Below, one piece after another: positions 1 to 11,259 of a DNA stretch of 64,000 bases (position 1 is the stretch's first letter; the number at the start of each line of letters is the position of its first letter). Location of the stretch: the NCBI GenBank assembly GCA_946965045.2, contig OX337228.1, positions 2,666,001-2,730,000 of the forward strand, read 5' to 3'. Position numbers and translations under genes: made by a program. Below the pieces are notes generated by a model that was not told where the DNA came from, ran no database searches, and saw only the letters and a list, made by a program, of their open reading frames with translations. The DNA comes from Epithemia pelagica. Its lineage: Eukaryota; Protista; Bacillariophyta.

Positions 1-470
1 AAGCAAACTAACTAAACAAACCAATCGGTGATAGACAAGAGTGTTTGCTACCAAAATTCGTTTCGCAGCATAGCACAAAGTCGATTCCTGTTGTTGACGC
101 TGTGGAAACCTTTGAGAGCCGATTCTCGCGTTGCTCCAGAAAGACAAGTGGTCCATTTGGAACCCACGCCTCCTGGTAGTCGTTGTTTGAGGTACGTTCG
201 TTGGACTGTGCGTTGGGGTTGTCTAGAGTGTTGCCGTCGACCCTTGCGTGATGGACTGTGGAATGACAACACGTCTCATTTTTTTGTCACGACACAATTC
301 CGGTGGTTTGCTTTTCAGTCTTGATCTCTACAGGAAGGCTCCAGCACTCGATTCACAGAGTTTCCAGTTGGATCCTTCTCCTCGTGTGTGTATATATTGT
401 TGTTGTTTGATTGAATCTCTGGCAACCTCTGGTTTCTCAGTCTCGAGACGACAAGTCTTTCCCCAACACA

Positions 471-2726
471 ATGCGCATTTTCTTTACCGATGCCTTGGGC
501 AATCCCATTTTTGGGTTTCGTCGTCGCCACCATCATCATCATTCGCAACCCCTCACCGCTACAACGTACCGGTCCTCCATTCTCATCTCTCCCCATCAAC
601 ACCATGCACACCAAAAGCAGCAGCAACAACAACAAGCGGCTCGCTATTACACGGATGCACCGACGCGAACCACCTTGTGTTATTATATTTTGAATCGCAA
701 TTGGGATTGGGTCGTACGGCGAAGTCGGACGCATCCTCAGGAAGTCTTTTACTACGATGGTCGTACCGGGGATACACCCTTGCATGCCGCCTGTCGACTC
801 AATCCACCACCGCACGTGGTACGAGCCTTGCTGTCCGTCTCCTCCCGGGCCACTGCCCACGAATTGGTCTACAACAAGGACGGATGGACCGCCTTGCATG
901 TCGCTGCCTCCAACCATTGTTCGCGTGCCGTTTTGGAAGTCTTGGTGGAACATGCCCCCGACGCGGTCTGTCAATTGACTCGCAAAACGAAACGAGCTCC
1001 CATTCATTGTGCCACGGCATCCTTTCGAGGATTGGATCGAGAGGCCTTTTTCTATTTACTCAATATCAGTTTGACACGGACACTGGTACAACCACAACCC
1101 GACGACGACGACGAAGAAGAAGAGGAGACGGACCATGAAAAGGCGAGTAGTAGTGACAACCTGGATGACACGGAAGTCAGTGAGGATCCGCAAACACTCC
1201 TGGAGGAGTTGGATCATTATCATGGCAGCAAAAAGCGTCCATCCACCACGGGGAGTACGAGTAGTAGTGCTGCTAGTGGTGGAACCAATCTGCTCTGTCT
1301 CAAAGATGGTACCGGTCAAACACCCTTGGCACTCTTGTTCAAAAAGTATCGGGAACGCGTGAGACATGTGTGTCAACAAATGGATCAACTCCATTTGAGT
1401 CGAAACGATGCCTTGGAGTTGGTCCAAACCGAATTGGGAAATCTCTGGCACAAGGCACGAAGTCTCGTAGAACGACTGAGTGCGGTCTTGTCCTCTTCGG
1501 AAAACAAGGCGGCACGAACCATGGCCAATGAAGCAGCTGCCCATGTCGACAGCGAAGACGAGAATTTCAGTGGCACCACAACGCCTCTTTATCATTCGAC
1601 GAATCCGCGTAGCATCCTCAACCATTCTCATCATCATTCCCATCATCACAACAACCACACTAACCACCATCACCCAAACAGTCGCCGCTTGTCGCACCGT
1701 CGCTTATCGGCAATTTTAAAGTTTCGCAGTCGTTCCTCCTTGCAAGGACGACGATTTCGTTTGGTCCATGCATCTGTGGGATTGATTCGATTTGGGTGTC
1801 CCCCCGAAATGATACGTTTGGCCGTAAGCTTGTATCCTCATCAAGTTTCCGAAGTGGACGAAGATGGCAATCTTCCCTTGCACATTGCGGCCATGGCCTT
1901 TCACGAACAAGCCGTGGCTACGGCCCAAGCCGAAGAACTGGCTGCCCTGCTATCATTGGAGGAAGATGCCAGTAGTTTGCAGACCCTCAACAGTCACAAC
2001 AACAACAACAGTCTTCACACTTTGAACAATAGTGGTAGCAATTGGGATACCATGAGTGCCATTTCCGAAACAACCACAGCCGCCAGTTCTTTGGCTGGAT
2101 TTTCCAATCGCAAGAGTTTATGGGATCAAGTGTTTGATATGCTGTTGCAGCAGTACCCCGAAGGCGCTCGTACACCCCAACAACCCCCTCGCGCTACTAC
2201 CACGACCACCCACAAGCGACGAGGCGGTGGGGCACGGCAACCAGCACCGGTGGCGGCTCTCCCCTATTATTCACTAGAGGATACCCTTCCCTTGGTCTTG
2301 GCCATGAAATCATGCACTCACACCATGTCATGGCAACGAGATGGTTTGGAACGGTTGATGCATGCCTACGCTCCGGCTCTCCATTTCATTCTCGATGGTA
2401 CCACCACACAAACAGTAACTGCCAGATCCTCTACTGCCATCCTCCCCACAAGTTCGCACCATTGCTATCCCCACCTGTTTGCCTTGCTCCTGGCACCCGA
2501 CCATGAATTGGAGCATTTGTTACGGTCGGGTCGGTCCTGTTCCTTTCGACGATTTACCAATGGTCGACGACCCCTCCGACCTCGAAGCATACGCATGGAT
2601 CCCTCCAAACGACGTCGTACTCCCTTGGATATTGCCCGCATGTCCTCCGTTTTTCGCTTGCTACAAACCAAACCGGAAATGATTGCTACCGCGGCCGGCA
2701 GGACACGAACTAGCACCCACGCATAA
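471..2726 (+). CDS. Ankyrin-repeat protein with His/Gln/Asn low-complexity tracts
   Basis: Long open ORF (ATG 471; the ORF-track start at 411 is TTG). Ankyrin-like motifs GDTPLHAACR, GWTALHVAASN, GQTPLALL and GNLPLHIAA. Confidence 0.8.
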   Translation: MRIFFTDALGNPIFGFRRRHHHHHSQPLTATTYRSSILISPHQHHAHQKQQQQQQAARYYTDAPTRTTLCYYILNRNWDWVVRRSRTHPQEVFYYDGRTGDTPLHAACRLNPPPHVVRALLSVSSRATAHELVYNKDGWTALHVAASNHCSRAVLEVLVEHAPDAVCQLTRKTKRAPIHCATASFRGLDREAFFYLLNISLTRTLVQPQPDDDDEEEEETDHEKASSSDNLDDTEVSEDPQTLLEELDHYHGSKKRPSTTGSTSSSAASGGTNLLCLKDGTGQTPLALLFKKYRERVRHVCQQMDQLHLSRNDALELVQTELGNLWHKARSLVERLSAVLSSSENKAARTMANEAAAHVDSEDENFSGTTTPLYHSTNPRSILNHSHHHSHHHNNHTNHHHPNSRRLSHRRLSAILKFRSRSSLQGRRFRLVHASVGLIRFGCPPEMIRLAVSLYPHQVSEVDEDGNLPLHIAAMAFHEQAVATAQAEELAALLSLEEDASSLQTLNSHNNNNSLHTLNNSGSNWDTMSAISETTTAASSLAGFSNRKSLWDQVFDMLLQQYPEGARTPQQPPRATTTTTHKRRGGGARQPAPVAALPYYSLEDTLPLVLAMKSCTHTMSWQRDGLERLMHAYAPALHFILDGTTTQTVTARSSTAILPTSSHHCYPHLFALLLAPDHELEHLLRSGRSCSFRRFTNGRRPLRPRSIRMDPSKRRRTPLDIARMSSVFRLLQTKPEMIATAAGRTRTSTHA

Positions 2727-3139
2727 ACCAGATCACCAGGGGAACTCCCACCGAGTTGGCTCCGTCCATCACTACCGTATTGTACCCCCCTCCTCAACAG
2801 GAGAACAAACAACACAAGGGCAGGGACTGTGAGCCATATGGAACGGGATAAACCGCACGGGAACATTGTGCCAATTCTAACTTTCCTAAAAGTACTCTAG
2901 AGAGGCACACGACCAAGCGACTCTTTTGTGTAGGAATTAGTAACCATACTCGTAGCATAAAGGGTTGGGCGTTGCGCCATATTGACCGGCAATGCGTGCG
3001 TCTTGAATTTAGCGCGTGTCGCCGGTCGCGTGACTGCCCTGCGAGCTGTCAAAAGCGTCCTTTTCCTCATTCTTTTCTCGTTTTTTGCGCATGTTCCAAC
3101 TTGCAAGACGGGGTGAATACCACATAGAGAATAGGGATC

Positions 3140-5404
3140 ATGGATGAATTGCTGGCCTTATTTGAGGAGCATCCTCCCGACGAACAGAGCAAAGATGACG
3201 GAAAGACGTCACGAAATGGTACAGCAACCACGAGCAACTCTCAATCGGCACAAGACAGCATCGAAGCGGATGACGAGGAGGTGGAAGCACTCCTTTCTCG
3301 TGGCCGTAAAACCACAACGGACGATCCCAAGGAATCCAGTACTGGAGTCGATATGGAAACGAGACTGGGAACCCGTGTTGTGGAACGACAAATATCGAGC
3401 TTGGATATGTTGGAAATAACCAACCGTTCCTACTTTGTCTCGACACCTTCTCTAGCCGCAATGAGTCTCAAGCACCTCAATCGATACTTGACCGAACCAG
3501 CGGCTGTGTTGGACGCTGCAACTGTATGCGGTAGAACCATGCTTACAACGGTGGGAGTCGTCATGGAAGCCTCACAAACCTGTTTAACCAAATCAGGTGG
3601 CAAGGCCTTTTGCAAAGTCGGATTGGGTACCTTACGGACAGGCGGATCCTGTATCTCGGTCCTCTTGTTTGGTGCCGCTTACAGTAGCAATATGCAGTCC
3701 GCCGATGGTCGTCGGAAACCACGGTGTACGCCTGGAACTGTCGTTGCGCTGCACAATCCACGCATTCTACCGCAGCAATCCTCGTCATCGAATAGTGGAG
3801 ATACGGCCTTGACCTTGTCCATTAATGATCCCCAACAGTTGGTCCTTGTAGGCCGCGATGGGGATTTTGGATACTGTCAAGCGACGGTATCAGGCAAAAA
3901 TGCCCAAGGACAATGGGTCTCCAACGCAAAACAATGTTCCCATGTCATTGACAAACGACAAGGTCCGTACTGTGCCAAACATCGAAACTGTAAGCACATG
4001 GTATCTTCCTCTAGTAGTGGCGGCAAGACGATGAGATCCGCAACCGGAGGCAGCAACAGTAAGAAAGGATCATTGTTGCAACAAATGAGAAACGAACGGT
4101 CTCAAATGGCCATTGCCGCTCCTACCATGGCTTCCAAACCGAACACAAATCTCGCTTCCCTTGCACGAAACACGGCACCCCTGCGTCAGGGGCAACTAGT
4201 CCAACCACAACCAAGGACAAATTTATCTCTCGTGTCACAAACAACCAAGACGCAACCTGCACTACACAATCGGGGACTGGTCAAGTCTCAGACAAAACAA
4301 CCACCACCACACAGCCGGATGGTAACACCACCGAATCGATCCCTCGCGGAACATTTTCCACCTCCACCACGGACCCAGCATCCGTGCAACACCCAGCCAT
4401 CTCGAGTACCTGTCACCGAGAAATCTCGCAGGAACAAACCAGGCCTTGCGAACCAGTCGACGCAGTCCAAGCTTCATCCATCCGGCAGTGTGGATTTGCA
4501 TTCTCTGTTGATGCAAGGAACCAGTTCCCGCACACGCAAGCGTACCGAAGACCACATTCCACAAACTCAAACCGCCCAAACCAAGCGACCACGACCACGG
4601 CGTTCCCCACAACAACAGGGCGGCGGCGCGGGAAAACGAAACACGGCCTTGCTCAATACCGATACGACAGGCTTTGATGGAGCCGTGGCCATTCCTCAAC
4701 CATCGAGCATGTTTCAACGAGGAGCCAAGGTCTTACCGCCCCAACAACCGACAGTATCTAGCACTGCTACTGTGGATCCCCATGCGGAGCGTTTGCAACA
4801 AGAAATTCTGACACGACAAGCGCAAGTGGCGGAACGCCTACAACGCGAACAAGAACCACCAAGCATAAACTCGGCTGAACCCAAGCGTCGAGTTGCATCA
4901 TCCGCACATGTGTCAAAAGACGGCAATACAACGAAAGGCCGCCAACGACAGCAAGATAGGACGGACCGTCTCTTTGGTTCGCTGACGCAGGCTGAGATTG
5001 ACCAAGCGGCACAGCGAACCAGTCTTTTTGCCAGCGAAGTACACGCCGAAGCCTATGCCCAGCACCGACGTGCCGTAGTGGAGTTGGAAAAGGAAGAAGA
5101 GCGTAAAACAGGGCAAAGTAAGGAGAACAAAAAGGGCAACAAGGGCCTGGGTAATGGAATCGTTACGGAATGGCATTGTCGAGATTGTGGTAAAGTTTTT
5201 CGAAACGGTCCCCATCCTCCCTTTCAATGCCAACGGAATGGCCATTCGTTGACGCGCAAACGAATTGTGGCATCGTCCAGAGAGTCGGTGGCAGAAGGAC
5301 GGCAAGCGCTCAATGATCGATCCAATGCACACGGTACAACCGATGTCCTCACCTTGGGAAGTGGTTTGGAATGGTCACGCTGGAACCTTCCAAGATTTGG
5401 TTAA
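3140..5404 (+). CDS. MCM10: MCM10 DNA replication factor homolog
   Basis: 754-aa ORF. OB-fold segment (VLLFG...GTVVALHNPRIL...LSINDPQQLVLVG.DGDFGYC) followed by the CCCH-type zinc motif C...CSHVIDKRQGPYCAKH. A C-terminal CxxC...C...H zinc motif is also present. Confidence 0.8.
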   Translation: MDELLALFEEHPPDEQSKDDGKTSRNGTATTSNSQSAQDSIEADDEEVEALLSRGRKTTTDDPKESSTGVDMETRLGTRVVERQISSLDMLEITNRSYFVSTPSLAAMSLKHLNRYLTEPAAVLDAATVCGRTMLTTVGVVMEASQTCLTKSGGKAFCKVGLGTLRTGGSCISVLLFGAAYSSNMQSADGRRKPRCTPGTVVALHNPRILPQQSSSSNSGDTALTLSINDPQQLVLVGRDGDFGYCQATVSGKNAQGQWVSNAKQCSHVIDKRQGPYCAKHRNCKHMVSSSSSGGKTMRSATGGSNSKKGSLLQQMRNERSQMAIAAPTMASKPNTNLASLARNTAPLRQGQLVQPQPRTNLSLVSQTTKTQPALHNRGLVKSQTKQPPPHSRMVTPPNRSLAEHFPPPPRTQHPCNTQPSRVPVTEKSRRNKPGLANQSTQSKLHPSGSVDLHSLLMQGTSSRTRKRTEDHIPQTQTAQTKRPRPRRSPQQQGGGAGKRNTALLNTDTTGFDGAVAIPQPSSMFQRGAKVLPPQQPTVSSTATVDPHAERLQQEILTRQAQVAERLQREQEPPSINSAEPKRRVASSAHVSKDGNTTKGRQRQQDRTDRLFGSLTQAEIDQAAQRTSLFASEVHAEAYAQHRRAVVELEKEEERKTGQSKENKKGNKGLGNGIVTEWHCRDCGKVFRNGPHPPFQCQRNGHSLTRKRIVASSRESVAEGRQALNDRSNAHGTTDVLTLGSGLEWSRWNLPRFG

Positions 5405-5515
5405 GAAATAGGGCGGCACAAATTATTGTCCTCGTCCTCTAGGCATCTAAAGCGGAAAATTGGATGCATAGATACTTTATGTACTTGTATGGGGAATATG
5501 GTGTGTCCAGTCTGT

Positions 5516-6186
5516 CTAACTGCCTTCTTGTTCTTCGCAATGTTTCCTGTAACTGGCTTCATCCATAAGTTCCTTCAGTTCTTCCTCATTGGAAATTTCC
5601 AACTTGATGAACCAGGCATTGGATTCGGCGGACGCATTGACCAAGGCCGGATCGTCGACCAGGGCTTCATTCTTTTCCACCACTTTTCCGCCCACCGGTG
5701 CGTAAACGTCACTGGCGGCCTTGACGGATTCCACGGAACCAAAACTTTCACCCTTTTCAAACTCGTCCTCTTCTTCGGGCAAATCCACAAACACAATGTC
5801 ACCCAAGGCGGCTTGTGCGTAATCGGTAATTCCCACCGTTCCCGTTGTTCCTTCCACCTTTATGTACTCGTGGGCTGCACAGAAAAGCGACAGTAAAAAA
5901 AAAGCGACGTCGAAATGGAAAATAACATGTGAGAAAAATAGATGATGTTGGTATTCGATGCTTCAAATGAGATCTTGGCGATCAAACCGAAGAGGACATT
6001 CGCTACGTTTCCAAGTGCTTATAACCCCAGGGAAGTTCCAAACAAGGAAAACGACACACCTGGTGTATAATACGTAGTCATTCCTCGCTGTGTCGTATAA
6101 CGGACCATTGCCGCCAGAGACGAAGAGGAGGATACTGCGCGATGGCAGCGGGCAAAGACAGTTCGAGTCAAGACAGAAGTGGCCAT
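5516..6186 (-). CDS. GCSH: Glycine cleavage system H protein, mitochondrial (2 exons: 6186-6060, 5874-5516; 161 aa)
   Basis: Spliced product reads TYYTPAHEYIKVEG..GTVGITDYAQAALGDIVFVDLP..GSVESVKAASDVYAP, with the lipoyl-Lys motif. GT-AG intron 6059-5875 keeps the frame. Arg/Ser-rich N-terminal presequence. Confidence 0.95.
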
Positions 6187-6898
6187 GATTTCACTCTCAA
6201 GGTACTACAGGAAGTGATTAAATTAAAAAGAATTCAACCAAAGTGAGGATCTTCAAAACCAGATACCAATGGCGCCACAATGGTCACTGCCAAAGATTTC
6301 GGTGGGTGTCTGTGTGGATACAAGACGATCAGCCATCAGCATCACAGATCACTTTTGGATCACCCCATCAATCGATCAACACTCAAAGAGAACTTTGGGA
6401 GAGATCAACACGTACGTAGATGACGTCACTCCGCAAAATGTCTTTCATGGGGAAAAGAAATCGTCTGGTAGCTCCTCTAGCTGTTTCCGAGCAAGATAAT
6501 CGGCTCATCAGTCCCGTATGAGACGTGAGCGTCTGGGACTGGACCATTCGGGACCACCCATTGATGTGACGTCAACAAACGAATTTCTCGTCGGTCATCC
6601 CATTTATCTGTTTCTGTAAATATAAATCTTTTATGTATCCAACCGATAGGAGTTTAGACGTCTCGAGTGATTCCACTCACCTCCAGCCAATCAAATCCAT
6701 GCATTTTACTGACTCACCTCGCGCCGCTCCGGCAGGATCGGCGGCATAAAGTTTCGCTTCCGAACAGCAACAGGGTCACAAAACTTGCAACACGTACGCT
6801 GATTCATTGTGCAACAAACACAAGACAACATCAACCGAATCCATTCTCCAAAACAACAACAACATCTTTGATCAAATTTTGTTCACCTTGCTTTGAAA

Positions 6899-8125
6899 AT
6901 GAAATTCGCAGCTTTTTCCCTCCTCTCGTTGCTCACGACCTCCACAGTGGCCTTTCAGTCACTCAAGCTGTCACAACACCAAAGATTGTCGTCGCATGTT
7001 CTTGCTGCTGAGAGAGAAGCCTTTATGTGAGTGGATTTGTGTGTCTTTGATATTTATTGACGTACGGTGTACTCATCAAGCTTTTCTCTTCTTTTTTATG
7101 CAGCACTGGCAACTGGAAGTGTAAGTAAGGTGTCGATTCTTGTCATGTGTGAAAAAGTGAAGGTCGACTAGATTCGAGTCAGACCATGATCGAACGCTGA
7201 CTCAATCTGATGGCCTGTTTCGCTTCTATTGCAGTGAACCCTCAAACAAAGGATGAAGCAATTGAACTTGCTACTGGAATTGTGGAATCTATTGAATCTT
7301 CATCCCCTAGCGTTGGAATCTTCGTCCCCTTTCCCTTTATCGAAGCCGTCCAAAACGTCGTCGGCGACAAGGCTATTGTCGGTGCTCAGGTGAGTCTCAA
7401 TGGTCGCCGCAGCTACTTATAATCTTTGGCTCCCACGTTTCATTGGAACATGGCTGATCATCTTCTCCATTATTCTCTTATGTGATCTTGTTCTTGGTCA
7501 CTGGTGGATATTTCGACCATGATGTCGACGTCAACAACAGTGTGTGACACCAGAGATGAAGGGAGCCTTTACTGGTGGTGTATCCCCTGCTATGCTCAAG
7601 TCAATGGGAATTGAATGGGCATTGGCTGGACATTCCGAACGCCGGGTAATTTACAAGGAAAGTGATGAATTCATCAATGCCCAATGCCGATTGTTGGTCG
7701 AAAACGACATGAACGTCGTTTTGTGCATTGGTGAGAGTTTGGAAGAATTTGAAAAGGAGTTGGTTCGTGATGTGTGCGAAGTCCAACTCAAAAAGAACTT
7801 GGCAGGAATCACTGGGGAAGACATGTTGAACCAAAAAGTTGTCATTGCCTACGAGCCCGTGTGGGCGATTGGTACTGGCAAGGTCGCCACGCCTGAAATT
7901 GCCCAATCCGTACATGCCTCCATTCGTACCATTTTGGCCGACATGTTTGACCAAGAAGTGGCTGATCAGACACGTATCTTGTACGGCGGAAGTGTTAGCC
8001 CCGAATCGATTGACGGTCTCATGACACAACCCGACGTGGATGGTGCATTGGTCGGTGGCGCTTCCTTGGATGCTGCCAAGTTTGCCAACATTATCAACTA
8101 TGAAGACGCCGCAGTCCCTGTGTAA
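6899..8125 (+). CDS. TPI: Triosephosphate isomerase, plastid-targeted (4 exons: 6899-7026, 7104-7120, 7235-7389, 7541-8125; 294 aa)
   Basis: FITGNWK, LAGHSERR, IAYEPVWAIGTG, LYGGSV and DGALVGGASL motifs. Signal peptide ends VA-FQ (diatom ASAFAP-type). Exon phases sum in frame. Confidence 0.95.
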
Positions 8126-8307
8126 GATTGGATGATATCACACAGACATCACCACAAGAAATAAGCGCATGAAAGACAGCCTCAAATTTTCTCTCAACGA
8201 TCAAAGCTATGAACGATTTAGAGAAGCTCTGTTGAACTCACCACAAGAAGAATCATTTCTAACAAGATATGTTAACGATTTTTTTAATTCGCTCTTTTCC
8301 CTCTTGG

Positions 8308-10200
8308 TCAAAAGGGATGAAGTCTTCTTTGATCGTCACGAGTCTTGACTTTTTTGGAAAGAATGATGGGTTGTTGCGCATGTGCCTGTTCCTGCCAATC
8401 CAGTTCACCGAGTGTGGCACTAGTATCCTTTCGATTGTCGCATCTAGTCGCTACCTTGAATCTGTGATGCCCAGCACGTAATTCCAAATTTTCCAGAACC
8501 GGATTCTTCTCACAGGCGTCGACCAAAAGACCACGATTGACGTCGTCATTCCACCAACACGAGTGCTCATAATCTTGGTCTAGAGGTTTCGCTGCATCGT
8601 TCTCAGGTCCCGTATCAATCAGCTGTAGTTCCGTCACGTGTTTCATGTCGCGTAAATACGTCGCCAAATGGTATACAAACTGTTCGTCGTGGTCATCGGG
8701 ATCGTGTGGCATTGCTTTGGCGGAGGGTACCAGGAAATCTGAGTCGGACCAAATCAACGAGATATCCGATGCAATCTCGTTGTGCGATGCAGCTTCAAAA
8801 AGTTGCAGGGCTACATCTTTAGTCCATCCGACATTGGACCAGTTCAATTGAATGGACACGTTATGAGGTACAACGTTGGTCGAAGTGTCGGGAGGTCTCT
8901 GTTGCAACGCCTTGGCAAAGGTACGAATGGCATTTGCAGATGCATCGTGAATGGTATCAACCATGATACCAGGTCGTCCCGTTTGATTGTTCTGAGCGTC
9001 ACTGAGGTCGGAGAAAGTGTTGTTGCCTTGTTTCAATAGCTGTCGACAGTCGGAAATATGGAGCTTCAAGCGGGTCAAATGGGGAAATTCCGTTAGTAAA
9101 TGCCCCAGTAGAGGCAAGGATTGCCATGTGAGACCTCGTCCACTTCCATGGTAACCACCTTCCATATGCAAATGAATCATTTTTAGTGTCCCCTTTAATG
9201 CCAATAGTCCACCCATGAGAAGAGCAAAGATTTCATCGTCCAATTCGCAATGCGTCAATTCAAAAATAGTGAGTGGAGAGGGCCGGTTGGTCATGCTGGA
9301 GACCTGCTGCGCGGTAGAAAGAGGAAGCATGGACAATGGTATGCTTTGAAAGGGTAACAAGGCCATGACAAGTTCTTGTACACACACTAATCGCACACGA
9401 TGCTCCAAGGGATATCTTGTGCTCAATTTCAAATGGCTCAACCCATGAGGAGGAGAACTGTCGTCAGTACTGGTACTCGTGGTACAGGTTTCCAAGAGGG
9501 GCGCAATGGTTCCGTGCTGATATCGCAAGGAGAGTTCCAATCGTTGGAGACCCGTACTGCCAGGAGTACTGATCAAGCCATCCTCCATTACGGGGCAAAT
9601 GGTTCTTCGATGTTGTACGAGCAACGTCGCAGCCATGATCAAACGTTGAAGTTCGTAGACGTGAAATTCCGCCCACGTGAAATCCAAGGCGTCCACAGCA
9701 AATTGCTGGAATAAATCTTCCATGGTCATCAAGGTATCTTGACATCCTAAACGACAGCCTGGGAAGGAGAGACGTAGCCTCCAAGGAGCACAATTTTGTT
9801 GTTCGTTCTGAGTGGCATTGTGGAAGAAACGATCCAGACAATGCTTCAACTCTCTCACATCCATTAGCTGGATTTCACACCCAGAGAACGTCAAATCCAA
9901 CCATTCAGGTTCATGGATAGATCCTGCGTCGTTTGATATTCTAGTGCTTGTCTTAATGGATTCCGTATATTGGGCCTGTTTGTCGTTATATCGCTTGAAC
10001 TGTTCTTCTAGTTGATGCAAAAACTGTGACGCTCGGTCCTCTGCTTCATCCTCATCTGAGTCATCATTGTCTTCTTCTTCTTCTTCTTCTTCATCTGTCG
10101 ATGGCACTTGTTGCGAATCCTCGAGACGAGCTTCCATGATGGCAGTCTCTATTTGCATGCTTCTTTCTCTGAATTGGTTCGTGGGATTTTTTTTGTCCAT
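8308..10200 (-). CDS. Hypothetical protein (630 aa), acidic N-terminus, possible RNI-like/LRR region
   Basis: Long single ORF starting at ATG. Leu-patterned segments (LTIFELTHCELDDEIFALL, LTRLKLHIS) suggest an RNI-like fold. No confident family. Confidence 0.6.
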   Translation of the reverse strand: MDKKNPTNQFRERSMQIETAIMEARLEDSQQVPSTDEEEEEEEDNDDSDEDEAEDRASQFLHQLEEQFKRYNDKQAQYTESIKTSTRISNDAGSIHEPEWLDLTFSGCEIQLMDVRELKHCLDRFFHNATQNEQQNCAPWRLRLSFPGCRLGCQDTLMTMEDLFQQFAVDALDFTWAEFHVYELQRLIMAATLLVQHRRTICPVMEDGLISTPGSTGLQRLELSLRYQHGTIAPLLETCTTSTSTDDSSPPHGLSHLKLSTRYPLEHRVRLVCVQELVMALLPFQSIPLSMLPLSTAQQVSSMTNRPSPLTIFELTHCELDDEIFALLMGGLLALKGTLKMIHLHMEGGYHGSGRGLTWQSLPLLGHLLTEFPHLTRLKLHISDCRQLLKQGNNTFSDLSDAQNNQTGRPGIMVDTIHDASANAIRTFAKALQQRPPDTSTNVVPHNVSIQLNWSNVGWTKDVALQLFEAASHNEIASDISLIWSDSDFLVPSAKAMPHDPDDHDEQFVYHLATYLRDMKHVTELQLIDTGPENDAAKPLDQDYEHSCWWNDDVNRGLLVDACEKNPVLENLELRAGHHRFKVATRCDNRKDTSATLGELDWQEQAHAQQPIILSKKVKTRDDQRRLHPF

Positions 10201-10325
10201 TAGGCCAATCCTTTAGCTCGCAAAACCAAATCAAAATTTCGTGCACGTCAGCATCTTGCGTCATGTTGACGTCATATATCCGGGTAAAAGAGCATTTCCG
10301 GATTTGTTCCAACCAATCCAGAACT

Positions 10326-10349
10326 CTGGATTTGTTCGAACAAATCCAG
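10326..10349. repeat. Perfect 24-bp palindrome inside the MITE
   Basis: CTGGATTTGTTCGAACAAATCCAG is its own reverse complement. An imperfect copy lies at 10300-10319. Confidence 0.9.
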
Positions 10350-10410
10350 GAAATTCATTAGGGATAGTGTTTTACCAATGCTAGTGTAGAGGCTGCCTAC
10401 AGTTTCGAAT

Positions 10411-10470
10411 ATGTCAGGCGGGCGTTAGACATGGTGGGCGGGCGTGACACATGATGGACGGGCGTTCGAC
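10411..10470 (+). repeat. 3 x 20-nt degenerate tandem repeat inside the MITE
   Basis: ATGTCAGGCGGGCGTTAGAC / ATGGTGGGCGGGCGTGACAC / ATGATGGACGGGCGTTCGAC, head to tail. Confidence 0.85.
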
Positions 10471-11259
10471 TTCAACGGTATCCTTGCGCTTCCTTAGTAC
10501 CCAAAAGTTTTAGTATACAATTTTTCTAAGTGAAGGGTGGGGGAGGATGGGGGACATGATTCGAAAAGGCGCGGTCTTTTGGATTTGTTTTGCGAATGCG
10601 TAAGGACGGCTTTAGGCACAATTTCCAAAACCAAATCCGGCCCGGCCCCGCACGGATTGGTTTTGTTGAGCTAAAGGATTGGCCTTATGGGGTTGGCGAT
10701 GATCGATCTGATGCCAAAAAGTGAGAAGGGACAAACAAATCGTGTTCTCCCCGAGTCCCGAGCTTTCATCGTGTGGGGATCTTTACACTGTCCAGCAGGA
10801 AATCCGCGACTGATTCTATCATGATAGATGATAACAGGAAGTAACCTAACTCCCTCCTACCCAAAATATTATGGAATAAGGCTACCAAATACCATATAAT
10901 GAAGCACAGTTGCAATCCAAAATAGGACGATACAACAACAGGTTCAAAGGTTCGACTTAGTGTTCTTACAAACGGTTCTAAATTTGACGGTACTCAAAGG
11001 TTAACGCCGAGCTCGATCGGACTGTAATGTTCTTTGTTCGCATGTGCAGGAGCATAACGTGGCATTGTCATGCCCATCCTATAATGGTGAAACGTGGAAT
11101 CAAACGAGATTTGAGCCAGTGTGGAACCTCGTTCAAATGGTGCAGTTCATTTTTCTTGACATTTGTGTCGTGCTCTGCTACACCACATCCATGGTATTCC
11201 CATAAAATGGAGGAAAATGGGTTTGGTTCCTCCTGTCTGATTCGATTGTTTTCACTTCG

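Larger units (their letters stand above)
10203..10684. mobile_element. PIF/Harbinger (Tourist-like) MITE, 482 bp, TTA target-site duplication
   Basis: Left end GGCCAATCCTTTAGCTCGCAAAACCAAATC. Right end reverse complement GGCCAATCCTTTAGCTCAACAAAACCAATCC. TTA flanks both sides (10200-10202, 10685-10687). No credible transposase ORF inside. Confidence 0.85.

Noticed and set aside
6510-6542. Hairpin CAGTCCC...GGGACTG in the GCSH/TPI divergent promoter
   Set aside because: Short stems (7 and 5 bp) are expected by chance, and there is no other support.
10411-10470. CRISPR-like array
   Set aside because: Three degenerate head-to-tail 20-mers with no spacers, inside a eukaryotic MITE, and no cas genes.
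10941-10960. tRNA gene suggested by a GGTTCGACT T-loop-like motif
   Set aside because: No acceptor, D or anticodon stems could be built around it.
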